A stretch of DNA of 63,363 bases, the filler included, from Choristocarpus tenellus KU-1152 (lineage: Eukaryota; Protista; Phaeophyceae): assembly GCA_964200185.2 (NCBI GenBank). It is 9 parts of 9 records of this genome, joined end to end, with 100 filler letters (N's around TTAATTAATTAA, not from the genome) between each part and the next. Parts side by side here need not be neighbours in the genome. Positions count along the whole stretch, not along the records: positions 1 to 5,078 come from CAXNAD020011944.1; positions 5,179 to 17,250 come from CAXNAD020001996.1; 7 more parts are not named here. One strand, 5' to 3'. The number at the start of each line of letters is the position of its first letter. Within the stretch, counting starts at the first letter, position 1. Made by a program: the position numbers and the translations under genes. A model generated the notes under the pieces. It searched no databases, had not been told where the DNA came from, and saw nothing but the letters and a program-made list of their open reading frames with translations. Below are positions 1 through 13,550 of this stretch, in pieces.

Positions 1-2346
1 GTACATTATTGTCCGATGAGAATTGATTGCAAGGATGCCTGCCCATCCCCCCCAAAAAATATACTTCATTCTAGACATCCCCGTGGTGTATGTGCTACAA
101 CACATTATACAACACATTATAGTATAGTCAGTACACGGTACACACAAAAAGGCAATTAGTTCATTTGATTCATGACACACAGATATAAGTGTGGGGGAAA
201 AGGATGTTCAAGGATGACAGTTCCATCAGAAAACGAATCCCTTTTCCTTGAAACTCTTTTGCTAAATGATAGCAAAATACATACATATATATATATATTA
301 ATATTATATGCCTCAGATGTGACTGATGTGCCTCAGTGTGCTCGTAGCTTGATTTTCCTCCAAACCGAATCATTCTTTTGTCAACGCATTACAATTCATA
401 ACCAAATAAAATGTCGTAAAACGCAGAATCTTAGCTGTACAACAGCAGCAACCAATCAAAACTGGTTAACTGGATATGTCTCGCTCAAAGCTGGAAGAGC
501 CATCTATGTCGTAGACAGGGTAGTATAGTACCATGTCTCAAAATTCAAGAGCACAAATATACATGTAATGAACATCAGAATCACAACGGTAAAAAACACC
601 AGACGAAGATCATGGCCCACTCTTTTCAAATTCACCACATAAGAATGAAGCTGCATAACGAGTAACCGAACTGGTAGGCAGCCACAATCCAGGTAACAAT
701 CTACGTATGGTGTCCTCCCCCCTCTAGCTCCATATAACAAGGTAAGCCAAACAGCACAAATGCCCTAGAAAATCGCCAACTCCATCCACACAGAGAGGTT
801 AAAGGGGACATAAGAGGTCAATACACCCACGAAGGAAATATATACACACCCTCCATAAGTTCATACAAGGCAAGGAGTCATCCCATAGATAGTATGGGGA
901 AGGAACAGTCGCATGCAATACTGGGAAACTGTTGCAAAAACAAAAAAAAATCCTCTCCTTGCTCCTTTCTAGTGTCTGCAAAACCGATTTCCCGTTTCAG
1001 GTATTCTAGGCCTTGCCTGAGCTGTGACTTGCAAAATTGTGTACCAGCCTCACTACAAGGGAGGTCACAGAAAGTAGGTGAGTGCAACCCTCTGCTGTAC
1101 CTTGATAACAACAGTGTGAAGTGTAGTGGACACCGCAGAGGTGCCAAAACTTCCACACCTTCGATGAAAAACAATTCCAGTGCGAAATTGAACCTCACAA
1201 CATGGGGAAACAACCTATTCCATGCGGCAACAAGCCAGATGAAGCGCATGTAGTGCTACCTGTTGTGCCGTTCTATTCAACAAAATTGATTAGTGTCAGT
1301 TCTATTCAACAAAATTGATTAGTGTCAGATCCTCCAAACTAACAATAAGGAGCAGAGAGGATAAGGCGATACTGTCTATAAAACCCTGCTAGCTTCCCTT
1401 CACTACTGTTTTTTTTTCTTAACCCATTTTAGCGCTGATCGAGGTCCCCAATTCTTCCTAGGACTTGGCTCGATCGCATGACCCTTCCCTAAGAGTGACC
1501 CAGGATGCCCTGGAACGATGTCTGCAACAGGTGCAAAGTTGCCCTGCTGGACGGGACTATTTGCTGCCGTGCTAGAACCAAAAGATTGGAGAGGTGATGA
1601 CATGGTTTTCTGGTCTGCTTTTGGCATGTGTGTAGTTGCAGTTCGGGAGGTTTGGGCTACTGGTTGAGGTTGAGTTGATGGGGATGAATTTGTGGTCTGT
1701 TGCTGCAAAATTTCTCGGTTGGTTGAGGCAGGAGACACTGCCGTGGGTGAGCTGCTTGGAGATCCAGCCCATGCTGCAGCTTTGTCAAGTCCTTGAGACA
1801 TTGGGCTGGTCTTGTTGACATTTTTTCCTCCAGCTACAAAAGGCCACGCTTTCTGTCCATGTGAAAATGTCAGCAAGGTAATATCAAGTTCAGCAAATTG
1901 ATTGTACAGGTGTAAGTGTTCCCACCACAAGTAGTAGAATATTTCTGATAATCAAGCAGTGCTAGAGCAACCAATTTCTGAGTATTGGATATAGAATATA
2001 CAAAATAGTCGAAGTGAGAAAAGCGCCATGGGGGGTGGATTCATGCTCTCACCATCAAGTCCTTGTCTTCCAGTGTCCTGTTGTTTAGGCCCAAACGTGT
2101 CATGGCAAGTTGAAACTCCCCCACACTTAAAGAAGGGAGGAAACGTTGCACGCATTCCTTCCCAACATCCGGATACTCCATGAGTGTATCAGGCCAGAGG
2201 GCACAATAGTGCCCAAGAGCCTGCCATGCGCCAGTTAACATAAAAAATATTTCAAAGAGGGAACAGGGCTGTGAATCAAATACTTTGACTATGTGGTTTC
2301 CTCTCAACTTTTGTATGTTGTCTCACACACATTTGTGAAGGTCATT

Positions 2347-3842
2347 TTAAAACCAGCGTTCAACTGCATCTCGCATCATTTTTTCAATCCATCGAAATTT
2401 GGGCTGGATGGAATGTGGAGAGCGTGTCTTTGTATCTGTTGTATTGCACAAGTCGGGGCACAAGTCGGGCATATACAATAAAATACTCCCTTGAAAAATA
2501 TGTCTCAGCTCTATAGAACACAAATGTGGGAGGTGCTCATTGCAGTCACTCCGGGGTTTGAATCCACATCTCAAGTGCAGCTCACAATCATTCCGCCTGA
2601 TATTCACCTTGGCAACCCCGCTATTCGATTGGTCCAAGAGGTCCATGGCGTTGATGCCGATCTTTGGCAGCAAGAGCACACTGGATAATACCTCTAGCAA
2701 TGAGAGCATGCAATCCTCCCATTCCTTTTCTTGATCCAAATCCTCCGCCCAGTAACTCTGGAGACCCTTCGCCCAGTAACGTTGGAGAGAGGAAATCAGT
2801 CTTGGGAGAGTATGTTGCAAGACAAAACGTGCCGCCTGCTCTGCCCCTCTCATTTTGATACTGTATACAAACCTGAGGACGGTATCGGGGGAACGGGGGA
2901 AAGAGGGAGAGGGCAAGCTTTGGTGGAGAAGGACGCAACTTGACGTTCGAATCGAGGGGAGTATTGCGTCCACTGCGGAACTAGGGTGCTACCATAACAG
3001 CCTGAGGATGCCATCGTAGACATCACCATGGGGGCTCACCCAGAAGCCAAGGCGATTCTTGAAGCGCTGACCGCGATTGGGAGATCATGCCTAGCCCCAG
3101 CAACGTCTCTCGCCAAGTCGTACGCCTTCTCTAGCAAGCCTGCATCGCCGCCACTTATCTCGTACCCATAGAGCGCAGCCATAGCTCCAACAAGTGGTTG
3201 GTAGGTCAAATCGACCATATCTAGATCTTTCCTGGCGTAAGAACACATCGGGAAGAGGGATGAACTAGTAAGATCAGACTCATTTTGGTTCGAGACACCG
3301 GATCTCAAGTGCAATCGTCGAATATGTAGAGTAGAGGATATGAGGGACTTAGTGTGATTCTCAATTGTGTTTGTAACATACTTGAGTGTTTGGCTTTGTT
3401 TGTATTACCTGGAGATATCTCGATCCTCGACGTCCCCCTCACAATCTGAGTCGGTGTTCCCGTAGCAATCCATTTCCCAGTCGTGCACACTCCTTGCTGG
3501 TGCGCGGTGTTGTCGTTCCATCTCACCTTCTAATGAGCATACCGACGGAGACAAATCCCGATCCGTATCCCCATTTTGAGAGTTAATACGCAAGTGACGC
3601 AGTGTGCGTGCACCAGCCGAGGCCTCATGTATAGAGTCCGCGAGGGCACCTGCAAGTCTTTCCAGTTCATTATCCCCATTCCTCCGTCTTTCCTCTGAGG
3701 ACATCAATGTTAGGACGAGGTTGGCTGTGCATAGGTGGGTAGGGCGGTGCATCCTGAACAGATTGATGTTCTCGTGCACCACAGTCGGACGCAACAACTG
3801 GCGAAGAGTTATTTCTGTAGTTGTGAGGTATGTGGGGGACAT
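2347..3842 (-). CDS. Orphan protein, 3-exon model (3842-3409, 3303-3040, 2980-2347), about 440 aa, function unknown
   Basis: ORFs 3405-3842, 3036-3314 and 2347-2973 join in frame through two phase-consistent GT-AG introns: 3408-3304 (105 bp, AG|GTAATA...TTGAG) and 3039-2981 (59 bp, GG|GTGAGC...CCCTAG). No domain recognised. Confidence 0.5.
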
Positions 3843-4984
3843 AGGTCCATATCGGCCGCAAAGGATACCACGCGTTCACATTCATTCTTCCCAACCCTCC
3901 TCAGAAAACGAGTGACTCAGAAAGTTGAATCACACATGGTTTGAATTTGAAATCTGTTTCAAAACAATTCTATTGATGGTACATATTATTCATGACCAAG
4001 TTGCTTACTGGCTAATAATGTATGTGTTGTAATATTCTTGTTGACTTAGACATTGGTTGTGATGTATGACGATGTTCAACTAAATTAACCTGACTGACAA
4101 CATATTTGACAAATAATTATGTTCCCAATTTCTGATTTCTGATGTCCACCTACCTACTCAAAACTACAAAAAAAAGTAGACAATCGTATCAGAGATGGAC
4201 AAACATTGGTAAGACTCAGCAGTAATAATACTATAATAGGTCGAATTATACCTCCACTCTTCTTTGTTGTGTTGGAGTGTTAGTCAATCGACATATTTCA
4301 AGAGTAGATGAGTATCTATGTGGTACAAAACAATTGGATTAAGTTGGGCTGGTTGTGAAGTGGGGACAACAGACAGACAGACAACAATAATAATTTTCCT
4401 TTCGAGAAGAGGGGGCAAAAAACATGTCATTTCGATTTTTTGGAAGTAGTGTACATGACATGGAGTAGGAGGAAGGAGTGTTAGAGTGCGCCCCATAAGC
4501 TTACCTCCACAACAGGATGTACAACTCAAATCCAACGACCTTAAAACGACGCTATGGGGACGTTGCCCTTGATAACAGTTTGTAGGGTGTCAGGTGCCCT
4601 TCTCTTCTTGATATTCCACTCACTGCCTACTTAGCTCAAAGCTCGACTCAAAGTTTAATTTCAAGATAAAAAGTAAGGACTGGAGACAAAAGGGGTGATG
4701 GTGTGACCAAAAGCCCTCTTCTTATTATTTTCATTATCAACCCAGTTTCTTCGGTCTTCTATGCAACTGCTCTACACGTACTCCAATCATAAACCTTTAT
4801 TCTGCAACTTCTTAGTTAGGGACTTGGACAAATAAATGTTACGTATGCATTCCGAATCTTACTCTGTATCTTCTATGAAATCATCATTATTTATTTATTC
4901 TGTTAAGGCTAGCTATTATGTGTTACTAATATCGTAAATTGTTCGCACTTGTTAGAACGCGAGAAACAATACTTGCCCTAAGCT

Positions 4985-5078
4985 CTTCATTAGCCCTAGC
5001 GCGCCACCGGAGCCAGTGTGGACAAGGAGCTAAGGCCTGGGCCTCGACGCAACCGCTGGAACCAGCATGCCAGATCCC
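4985..5078 (+). mobile_element. CRE-like non-LTR retrotransposon fragment (post-RT region), cut by contig end
   Basis: Encodes SLALARHRSQCGQGAKAWASTQP. DNA is nearly identical to about 44595-44640 (CGCCACCGGAGCCAGTGTGGACAAGG). Confidence 0.65.
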
Positions 5079-5178
5079 NNNNNNNNNNNNNNNNNNNNNN
5101 NNNNNNNNNNNNNNNNNNNNNNTTAATTAATTAANNNNNNNNNNNNNNNNNNNNNNNNNNNNNNNNNNNNNNNNNNNN
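5079..5178. other. Artificial contig spacer
   Basis: 44 N + TTAATTAATTAA (stops in all six frames) + 44 N. Confidence 0.98.
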
Positions 5179-5204
5179 CCCCCCCCCCCCAGATACTTTG
5201 GGTC
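5179..5204. mobile_element. MITE terminus (poly-C + AGATACTTTGGGTC)
   Basis: Same terminal motif as at 31834, 38547 and 40456-40642. Confidence 0.5.
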
Positions 5205-5604
5205 AAACATGAGGTTGTTGTCCAAGGCTTACGCATGCACCTGGGGATCCGAACTTTCATTCATGGAATCTTCTAACATGTGGAAAATGTTGGTGGTAGG
5301 AGCTAAGGGATCGACATTCCAGTCAATGCCACCCAAACCACTTGGGTGGAGTGTTGTCTTCGCTCTGTTTTTGTGGTCGTGTTTGTATCTATTCCTCGGA
5401 CGAACATGTGGGGAATATGTTTTCCTTTCTCTCACTACAAGATCGTCTTGTGCACATGGTCCTTACACCTCATGTCGCAATCCTTTATTTACGCTTTGCC
5501 AATAACATTTCATCCGTCTAGATAATTACACCTGTTTATACGAGCATGTTGTGACAAGGCTTTTCATTGAGCAACAATATTACTGTTTGTTGTTGTGTCT
5601 CACT

Positions 5605-6085
5605 TGTGACAGCCATAATCGGCTACTGCGGCAACCTTTCAGAACCAGGATGAGGTACTGGAGACCTCTCACATGCGCAGAGCTGTGCATGAACAACGGG
5701 GGGGTGCTGTGCCGGGGGGTAAGGAGGTGAAGAAGCTACCACAGCAACGCCAGGAGGAAGGGAACAGCGGGGAGTTTTGTCAAGGTAAGTCTGGGAGGAC
5801 TGTGGTGGGAAGAGAAGAGGCGAAGAAGATATTCGTCAGTTAACAGCCACAGTACGTGAGCAACGCCAGGAAGAAAGGTACAGGGTGGGACCGAGTGGGT
5901 GTATGCGAGGGAAAGGAATAACGAGAAGCTCCACCAGGTGGCAACAACGATGCTCCAGCTGCACCAGGAGAGAAGGGGTAGGATTGGGTTGTACGTTAAG
6001 TCTAATTCTTAGTTAACTAGTATATGTTATGTACTGAGTGGATTTGTACGTTGAATAACATATACGAAAATGTCCCAGACTTCCA
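5605..6085 (+). mobile_element. Possible solo LTR
   Basis: TG...CA-bounded ~480-bp segment, purine-rich body and AT-rich 3' part containing AATAA. No clean target-site duplication. Confidence 0.2.
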
Positions 6086-6182
6086 ACTTTAAACCATGTA
6101 AAGTGCAACGGTAAGTCATGATCATACACCGGAGTGCAGTGTGTATGCATGTGATGTAGATACTTACTAGATGATAGACAAA

Positions 6183-6411
6183 ATATCATTCACATTTACG
6201 ACAACTGCTACTTTTTCAAGGGTTGTTCTTAATGGCTTTTCTCGCGACATAACTCCAAAATGTCAAAGGGCATAATAATAAAATAATTCCTAAGTAAATA
6301 ATGTATCTTCTATTACTATACCCTTTGACATTTTGCACATGTTTTAGAGAAAAAGCCAGACCAATCATAATGACCCCTGTAAGAGTAACAGTTGTAAATG
6401 TGAAAGATATC
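6183..6411. repeat. Foldback/MITE-like palindromic element
   Basis: ATATCATTCACATTTACGACAACTGCTACT...CAAAATGTCAAAGGGCATAATAATA pairs with TATTACTATACCCTTTGACATTTTG...AGTAACAGTTGTAAATGTGAAAGATAT. Half copies at about 7125-7250 and 25305-25420. Confidence 0.65.
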
Positions 6412-6510
6412 TTTCTAAAATATATTCTTACTATTTGAATACTACCACACTACAAACACTCTCTTAAAGCTTGGAAACTACAATGTTATGCGCAAACTGA
6501 TGCTATGCTT

Positions 6511-7320
6511 CCAACCTACCTTAGCCCTAAACAACTGGGCGAGAAGCTGGGAAGCATCCCAAGAATCTGACAGGCCCCTCCTTGCCCATCTGCCTGGTGT
6601 CTCCAACTTGAAACACATGACACGTCTCGATAGTCACTTCTGTAGTGACAGACACTATCTGTCATAAGCAGCTAGCTAAAGAATCATTACTAGTGGACGG
6701 GCCAACCGTCGACACTAGTTGATTGCACTGAACTGCATCTATTTGCTATAGTATTTTAATATGTCTATGGCATTTTGCAGTTTTATCAGAGAGGAAAAAC
6801 CAATAAAAAGTCAACTAAATGTAAGAACAATCCCTGTAAAAGTTGTCATAAATGTGGACATTTTTCTATAATCTATTTACAATTTTGCTACCAGCTATTC
6901 TACACGACCGCCCTCCTATCCCTCAAACCTAGTTTAGCCCTACACCCAAGGGCAAGGAACTAGGGAAGAATCCCAAGAATCTAACAACCCCCTCCTCACC
7001 CATCTCCCTGGTGTCTCCAACTTGAAACACATGACACGTCTTGATAGAGCTACTTGTGTTGTGATGGACATTATCAGTCGCAAACTGGATTTGACAGCCC
7101 TACATCGTATATTCTATATATTTTTCCTATGCCCTTTGACATTTTATCGATATGTCAGTGGAAAAACAATGAAAAAACATTTAAATGCCAGAACAACTCC
7201 TGAAAAAGTAACAGTTGTCGTAAATGTGAAAGACATTTTCCCATCATCTACTCCAGAGTATTTACTATTTTACTACCAGCTATGCTACACCATTGCCCTC
7301 CTACGCCTCCAACCTAACAT
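6511..7320. repeat. Two diverged tandem copies of a ~410-bp composite repeat
   Basis: ATCCCAAGAATCT...CCTGGTGTCTCCAACTTGAAACACATGACACGTCT occurs at about 6556-6630 and 6970-7042. Confidence 0.7.
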
Positions 7321-9369
7321 CTATATATCGTGGAGGAAGCAGCCTATGTTTCAATACCATAGCCCTGCAGAGTGAAACGCCAAGTTGCGATAATATACCG
7401 TACAGATTGATGTAATGCAATGTCAGTAATTGTACACTAAGGAACCATTATTGGTGGACAGGCCAACAGCCAACACTGTTGATGGTACTGTATTTTTTAT
7501 GTAAAAATGACATAGGGAGTAGTGTATATTTCAACATACGTGGCATTGGGTGCAGTGTTACAGAAGTTAGGCAACGATTAAGTGGAGAGTTCGCAGACTC
7601 TTATCATGCGGAATACTGTGTGAGATGAACCATACACACATAACAGGGCAGCAATAATGGATGTTTGTTTGGAGGTGTCTATACCCCTCTTTGAAAGAAA
7701 GGTTTGGTCCCCCGCATCAGGATCCCATATCATCAAGGATGGATAGAAAAAATATTTTGCGTGGGTGGGGATGTTGCTACTGTTGCAGTAAATACTAAAA
7801 TACCCATGTGCTAGACTCTAGAAAATTTCCCTACTTCACACTTCATTTTGCTGTTGCGAGATGTATTGTCCTACATGTAACCCTTACTCAATTTCAACGT
7901 TTTAATCTACATCAAAACTCCTCCCAAAATATAGAACACATTCTACCACTCGTTCCCAACCTGCATCTTACACGACTTCCAACTGAGGTGAAGAATCATC
8001 TGCTGGGCAATTTCACAACTCATGTCCAGGCCTCACTGCATGGAGAACAGACGAAAAAGACTCAGGAACATGTTATTCAGTGTGCAATGGGCTCATGTAC
8101 ACTCCTGTCAACCCTCTTCCACATTCTCAGTCACCCTTTTCACTCCAATGAGATAGGGAATCTAGAAATATGAACTTAGTTTTCTCACTCACTAGTGAAT
8201 CTCTCTCTTACAATGATGAATACATACCAACGTAGGGCCTTCTGAAGCACTGGAAATAGTAGGAGGGGTTACCCAGTTTGCACCCTCAGACGTTATCAAC
8301 AGGAAATTAGGGTTAGAAAAAAATGGTCAAAAGGTATGATACGACAGTGTGGGAATCATCAAATGTGCAGCTGTTTGCTACTACTGCTTCTGTCATACCA
8401 CCCTTTCACCACGCACAGTATCATATTAAAGGCAATAACTACCCTTTCACAAATGCAGCATACCACTCTCCCACTCAATCGATCTTTCAGCAAGGTTACG
8501 CCCAGACCTTCATTGCTTGCATGATAATTAACCATGGCAGGGCATCTTATTCATGGGTTTTGCTGTGTGCAACTAACGTTCTATGATATCAATAGCTCAT
8601 TCAAGAACCGGTGACAAGAACATGAAGTCATCAAGTACAAAGACGACAAAACAGTTTCAGTTCTTTGGATGGCGAGTACAAAAAAGTACTTCAAGATATA
8701 CACTCTTTCAATGTATTGCATATTTTAAGGTATTCTCTCTGAGAAAATTAAGATCCTGTTTTCCAAACTGAGAGGCAATTGAACATCAAGTGTGAGGCAG
8801 CATCAGACTTGGAAAATGCTAAAGAGTGGAGGTATAATCCAGTGGTTCCTCTCAAAAATTCCACGGAAGTGATACAAAAAAGAGATTGTGCTCGCATAAA
8901 TATATTGGTAGATATTTCCCATCGTTTTTCTCTACCAGAAACGTGACAATTTAGTTTCTAACTACCTCAATTCACTAAAAAAACTATTCCCCCTATTACT
9001 AGAATGGCAGAGGAACCCGAAATAGCTTCTCACCAACCGCAAAACTTTGCCTTTTCTAGTTTGTCACTCAAAACGAAGGTGAAATAACTCCCATCCTTGC
9101 AATGATACTGGGTTCAAATTGGGACATTTTCACTAGCAGGCATCAAGGGTCAACAAAGCACAGGGGTTTTTGATTGGCGAAGAAATATCTGCCATGAGAT
9201 TGTGCTCCTCACTAGGTGATAACAGTGGTGGAAAAACGCCACCAACAACACCAAAAACCATGCTCATGTAAATGAAGAATGAGCAACAGGAAAGACGAGA
9301 GGAGAGGAAAAAGGAAGGCGCCCAACAGCAAATCATGTCTGGAGTCAAGAGAAAAAGGCGAAATGCCAT

Positions 9370-9596
9370 AAAGCTAAGGTTCAATCCTTTCTTAACTGTA
9401 AGTGCTGCTCAGTTTTATTACACTACATGCACACGCGAGATAGAAGTAGGGTACAAACTGGCGGGAGTAAGCCTATAGCTTTGGTGAAAGCTAAGGTTCA
9501 ATCCTTTCTTGACTGTAAGTGCTGCTCAGTTTTATTATACTACAGGCACACGTGAGATACAAGTAGGATACAACCTGGCGGGAATAAGCCTATAAC
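9370..9596. repeat. Tandem duplication, 118-bp unit x2
   Basis: AAAGCTAAGGTTCAATCCTTTCTT(A/G)ACTGTAAGTGCTGCTCAGTTTTATTA starts at 9370 and 9488. Confidence 0.9.
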
Positions 9597-9910
9597 CATC
9601 GACTGTCCTAATAGGTAGATTCATCACTGTGGTACTCAAAATTAGGGGGAAAGGGACACGAAAAAAAATATGACATCCCCAAGGGTAGGTGTCAAGTTCA
9701 CCCAGACAACCCATCTTCAAAAAGACAAATAACAGTTCTACGCAAACACCTCCACAAAGGGGAATTCCAAAACCTTCCTTATGCGAGGAAAATACACTCC
9801 ATTCCCGAAGATCATGCAAAATGATGCAAAAATATAGCCTGTTCTCAACCCCACTCAGGGTCGATGGAAAAAGGCCAGGGACCGTACACTGTCAGCGTAT
9901 GGGCACAACA

Positions 9911-10213
9911 TTACACAAGAGCTGAGTATTCCTCCGTTCTTCTGGAACGCCTTCGCCACAGCACAACTCCAAGGACGATCAGCGCGACAGCAGCTACTGC
10001 GACCAGTGGTCCAACAGGGCCGTCTCTGTTAATCTCGCCCGATGACGTAGTACCCGTAGGGATACCATGACGACTAGGAGGGGAGACAGGCTGCTCGAAG
10101 GTGTAAGAAAAAGAATAGGAGTACTCCTCTTCGCCTTCAACCTCCTTAAGAGCGCGCAAACTATCTAGTGTCTGCCCCCATTCTTCACTCCATTCCTTTT
10201 GCATGTTGGCCAT
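9911..10213 (-). CDS. C-terminal part of a single-pass membrane protein (possibly last exon or pseudogene)
   Basis: Hydrophobic LVAVAAVALIVLGVVLW followed by basic stop-transfer RRRSRR and a YSAL tail. Ser/Thr/Pro-rich stretch upstream (about 10330-10430). Confidence 0.45.
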   Translation of the reverse strand: MANMQKEWSEEWGQTLDSLRALKEVEGEEEYSYSFSYTFEQPVSPPSRHGIPTGTTSSGEINRDGPVGPLVAVAAVALIVLGVVLWRRRSRRTEEYSALV

Positions 10214-13200
10214 TTTCCTCTCCCTCTTAAGCCCTCCTCAGCAAAGTCGCCTAAATAAGTTCTGATCACTATAGTCCTGTCTTCCGTCTATTCTGATGGG
10301 ATGTTGTTCCCAAACATCACATGAGAACAAGTATTGGAAGGCGTTAATTCGGATGTTGTAGAAGGCGTTGTATGGTTATGTGTTGGTGACAAGGAAGGTG
10401 TTGAGGGGGAAGGTGTCCAAGTAGCTGGTTCCAGGAGAATATACGAATCCTATGGTACTTCTAAGACATCTGGGGAGGATTGGGGAGTGCGGTTGGAAGG
10501 CATCAAACAGATTACGACTGAACTGTCCCTCGATAGCTGGAGGGTCCAGTTGGAGAAGTGCACCACCTGGAAGCTTATACCCAAGTGCACAAGGAAGGTC
10601 ACTCCCACGAGTTTGGCATCAGTGGAGGTTTTTGTCATCTGGTCCACCAGATTCTTCTGGACGTCATGAAGAAGGCGTTGGTGGTGAGTCTCGTGCATCA
10701 GTTGGAGGAGAATGTGATTGGGTTAAGATCTTCCTATGTCAGTGTCCTAGTTGTGCCCCTTACGTTGAGTACCCCTGGGTTCATTCATGCGAACTTGGAA
10801 CAAGGATACGCCTAGCAGTAAAAAAATTCGATTGTCTAGGGCAGAGGTGAAGTAGAAAGCTGAGATGTCTCCGTGTCACACCATTGAACTCAGGACCTCT
10901 TCGTCCGTTCTATGTTCTATGTGCATCCCAGAGATGGGGGGGTCGAACTCAAAAAGGTCAGCGCTGAAGATCGAAATGCAAGGAGCAAAGGAAACTGAGC
11001 AAGGAAGCCAGTTCAGAGGTTCTAATCTCAAGAAAGAAGAGAAAGATCTCGACAAAGAGGAGAACAATGCGTCATGGGAATACGATGCACCCTCGGAGTA
11101 TACATTCGTTGATCGCGAGGACACGCCACCCTCACCGATCCTTGACGAGTACGAGCGAACGCGTGACCCCCAAATGTTGGAAGATCTGATGAAAATGGCA
11201 CGTGATAGCCTCCCGCCCCGTGCTGGTCCTAGACGCAACAACCATAAACGACGGGAGCACCAGCGTTTCCGAGCCATTCGGGTGAGAGAACTGTCAAAGT
11301 GGGTCAACCCGAAAAAAATATCTTGAAGAGACATGGGGGGATGAATCACTTATCTACTGCAAGGCTTTGAATGTGAATATTACTTGCTTGGACTTGGCAT
11401 GATGAATACAAGTATCTCTGAACTTTGGAAGTGTCACTGAATAATTGACTCCCCAAGAATCGTTGTCCCCCTGTTCGCCAACCTTTTCACTTGGGTGACC
11501 CACAGAACATCAAGTATAAGGAAAAGGAGCAGCGACAGGCTGCATATGCAAGGAAGCTTCTCAAACGTAAAGAGAGGAAGGCACGAGACTTTGCTATGTT
11601 TGCAGAGTGGCGCCAAGGATCCGAAGACCAGCAAGACACTACTTGATTGTGTTTAAGCGCGTGACAATCAAAATAGTTAATGCAGAGGAGGCATACATGC
11701 ATTTGTGTGACCTTCAACCTTGCATGTATAGAGGTATTCCTATCGAATTATGAGTCAATTCCACTTGTATCAAATGTTTCACGATGCATTATTTGGTTAC
11801 AAGAAAAGATGTACATGGTTTATTCCACATCCCAGATCGCAGGAATTCCATGTGTTTTTTCATCCCTCCTCGATTCATTGAAGAAACGACTAAGGACTTC
11901 CAGAGCTTAGGATGTCATCTGCATCTGGTCTTCTTGCACATTTCAAAGAATGTAACATGTGAAACAATTACTGATTTTGAATATATAATAGGTGTGCAGC
12001 CCATGCCATTCAACCTCACATCACTTCAGTCCACTTTACTGCATCCTGGACACTCCTTGTCTCATGATAAAACTACCTTCCCCAAACCCCGGTCTTTGCT
12101 AGGCCCCTGCCTCTCTGAGGTAAGTTGAGCTGAGGGTGGCTGCAACTGTTCTTCTTGTCACAACCACCTTAAGTTCTGGCATGCCCTTACTTTGTCTGAT
12201 CTCATTAATTTTTTCTGCTCCCTGTATCGTTTCTGAGGATACCACAATAGCATCATAGTCCAGCTCGACAACAGGTGGTCCAAATGGATCTAAGATCTCT
12301 TCTACACGTGTCTGAAGACCAGGGTCTATGCTCCTGCAGTGTTTTCCATTGTAAGATGAGTGAGCAAGGGTGAAGAAAAAATAAAGAGTTACTGTGATAC
12401 AGAGAACATGCAGAGAGACTTTTGGAGTAAGTACTGAGGCTATGGCACTTTCTCAATCTTAGTCTACATTTGGCTATGGCTGCTATGTCAATATGGGGTG
12501 CATTGTGGCACACAAGATATAAAACGAGTGATACAACTCTTTACAAAAGGAGGGATTGATGAAAAGTGACCTGGATCATGAACAACAATTTCACACCTCA
12601 AAAAATCTTGCACTCTGCTCATTCGTTCAGGGAGGCTGCCCAAAAGATGGTAGTTTGACTTGCTCTTCAGCATTTTGTCACTTGTCACCCCAACTGTAAG
12701 TACATTCTGGCACAGACTGGGATGAGGGAACAGAGGGATTCAATGAAGGGAAGGAATGGAAATAGATGCAACTCCTGCAGAGGAATAAATCTATGTGGGG
12801 ACAAAATGCAGATGAACACCATAATGGAGGCAGACAGGAGAGGAATGGATAAGTCTTTGGTCACACCTTGCAGCAACTGTAAGTAGTTTCTTGTGCCCAC
12901 CATGCAATCTGTCGAATGTTCCCCCACAGGCCACCTGTCGCCAGAAGGATAAGGTAGTTGACAAGAGGAGGACCAATTATCCCCTGTTCCTGGTCTTGCA
13001 CTCACTGGGCATACATGTATGGACGAAAATTGAACCCAGTAAATGACATATTCAACTTGATCCTTGCTCAAGCAATAAATTGTTTCACCCAAACATACGA
13101 TATTCTCCTAATGCACACCATCTGCAGTATGCACTTAACATATGATAGCTTCTAGTGTACTTGCTTCACACACTTATGAAATTAAAACAAATGACCTTCT

Positions 13201-13550
13201 GCTGTGGTTCAGACAAGAAGTAAGTCCATTTCATAGATGCAAGGGGGGGCTGCATCCACCACTCATTCTAACCACGAGTGGCTGCTTTGAATGGATTAGT
13301 ACACATTACTGTTGGCATCAGCCCTGCATTAATAGCAAAGTGAAATAGAGAATATACACTTCCTTGATTTGAAGAGAGGGGTGCACAAACTGGGACTGAT
13401 TTAGGGCCCATGAGATATGCAAGCTATGACAAAATTAGATCACATTGCACTAGTGTACGATCATATGCCGTTGAGCGGATTAGAGCTCGGAAATAAGCAA
13501 CGATAATATTGTTGGTCAATGTGTTGGGAGACAAAACAAATTATACTCAC

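Noticed and set aside
1270-1329. ~30-bp tandem duplication
   Set aside because: Two copies only; an ordinary slippage duplication.
800-2320. Possible degenerate Gypsy gag/protease on the - strand
   Set aside because: Only vague zinc-knuckle and protease resemblance across many stops; not supportable without a profile search.
11900-13350. Chromodomain-like 'QVEYVIYW' on the - strand
   Set aside because: Single short motif with no accompanying integrase signature recognised.
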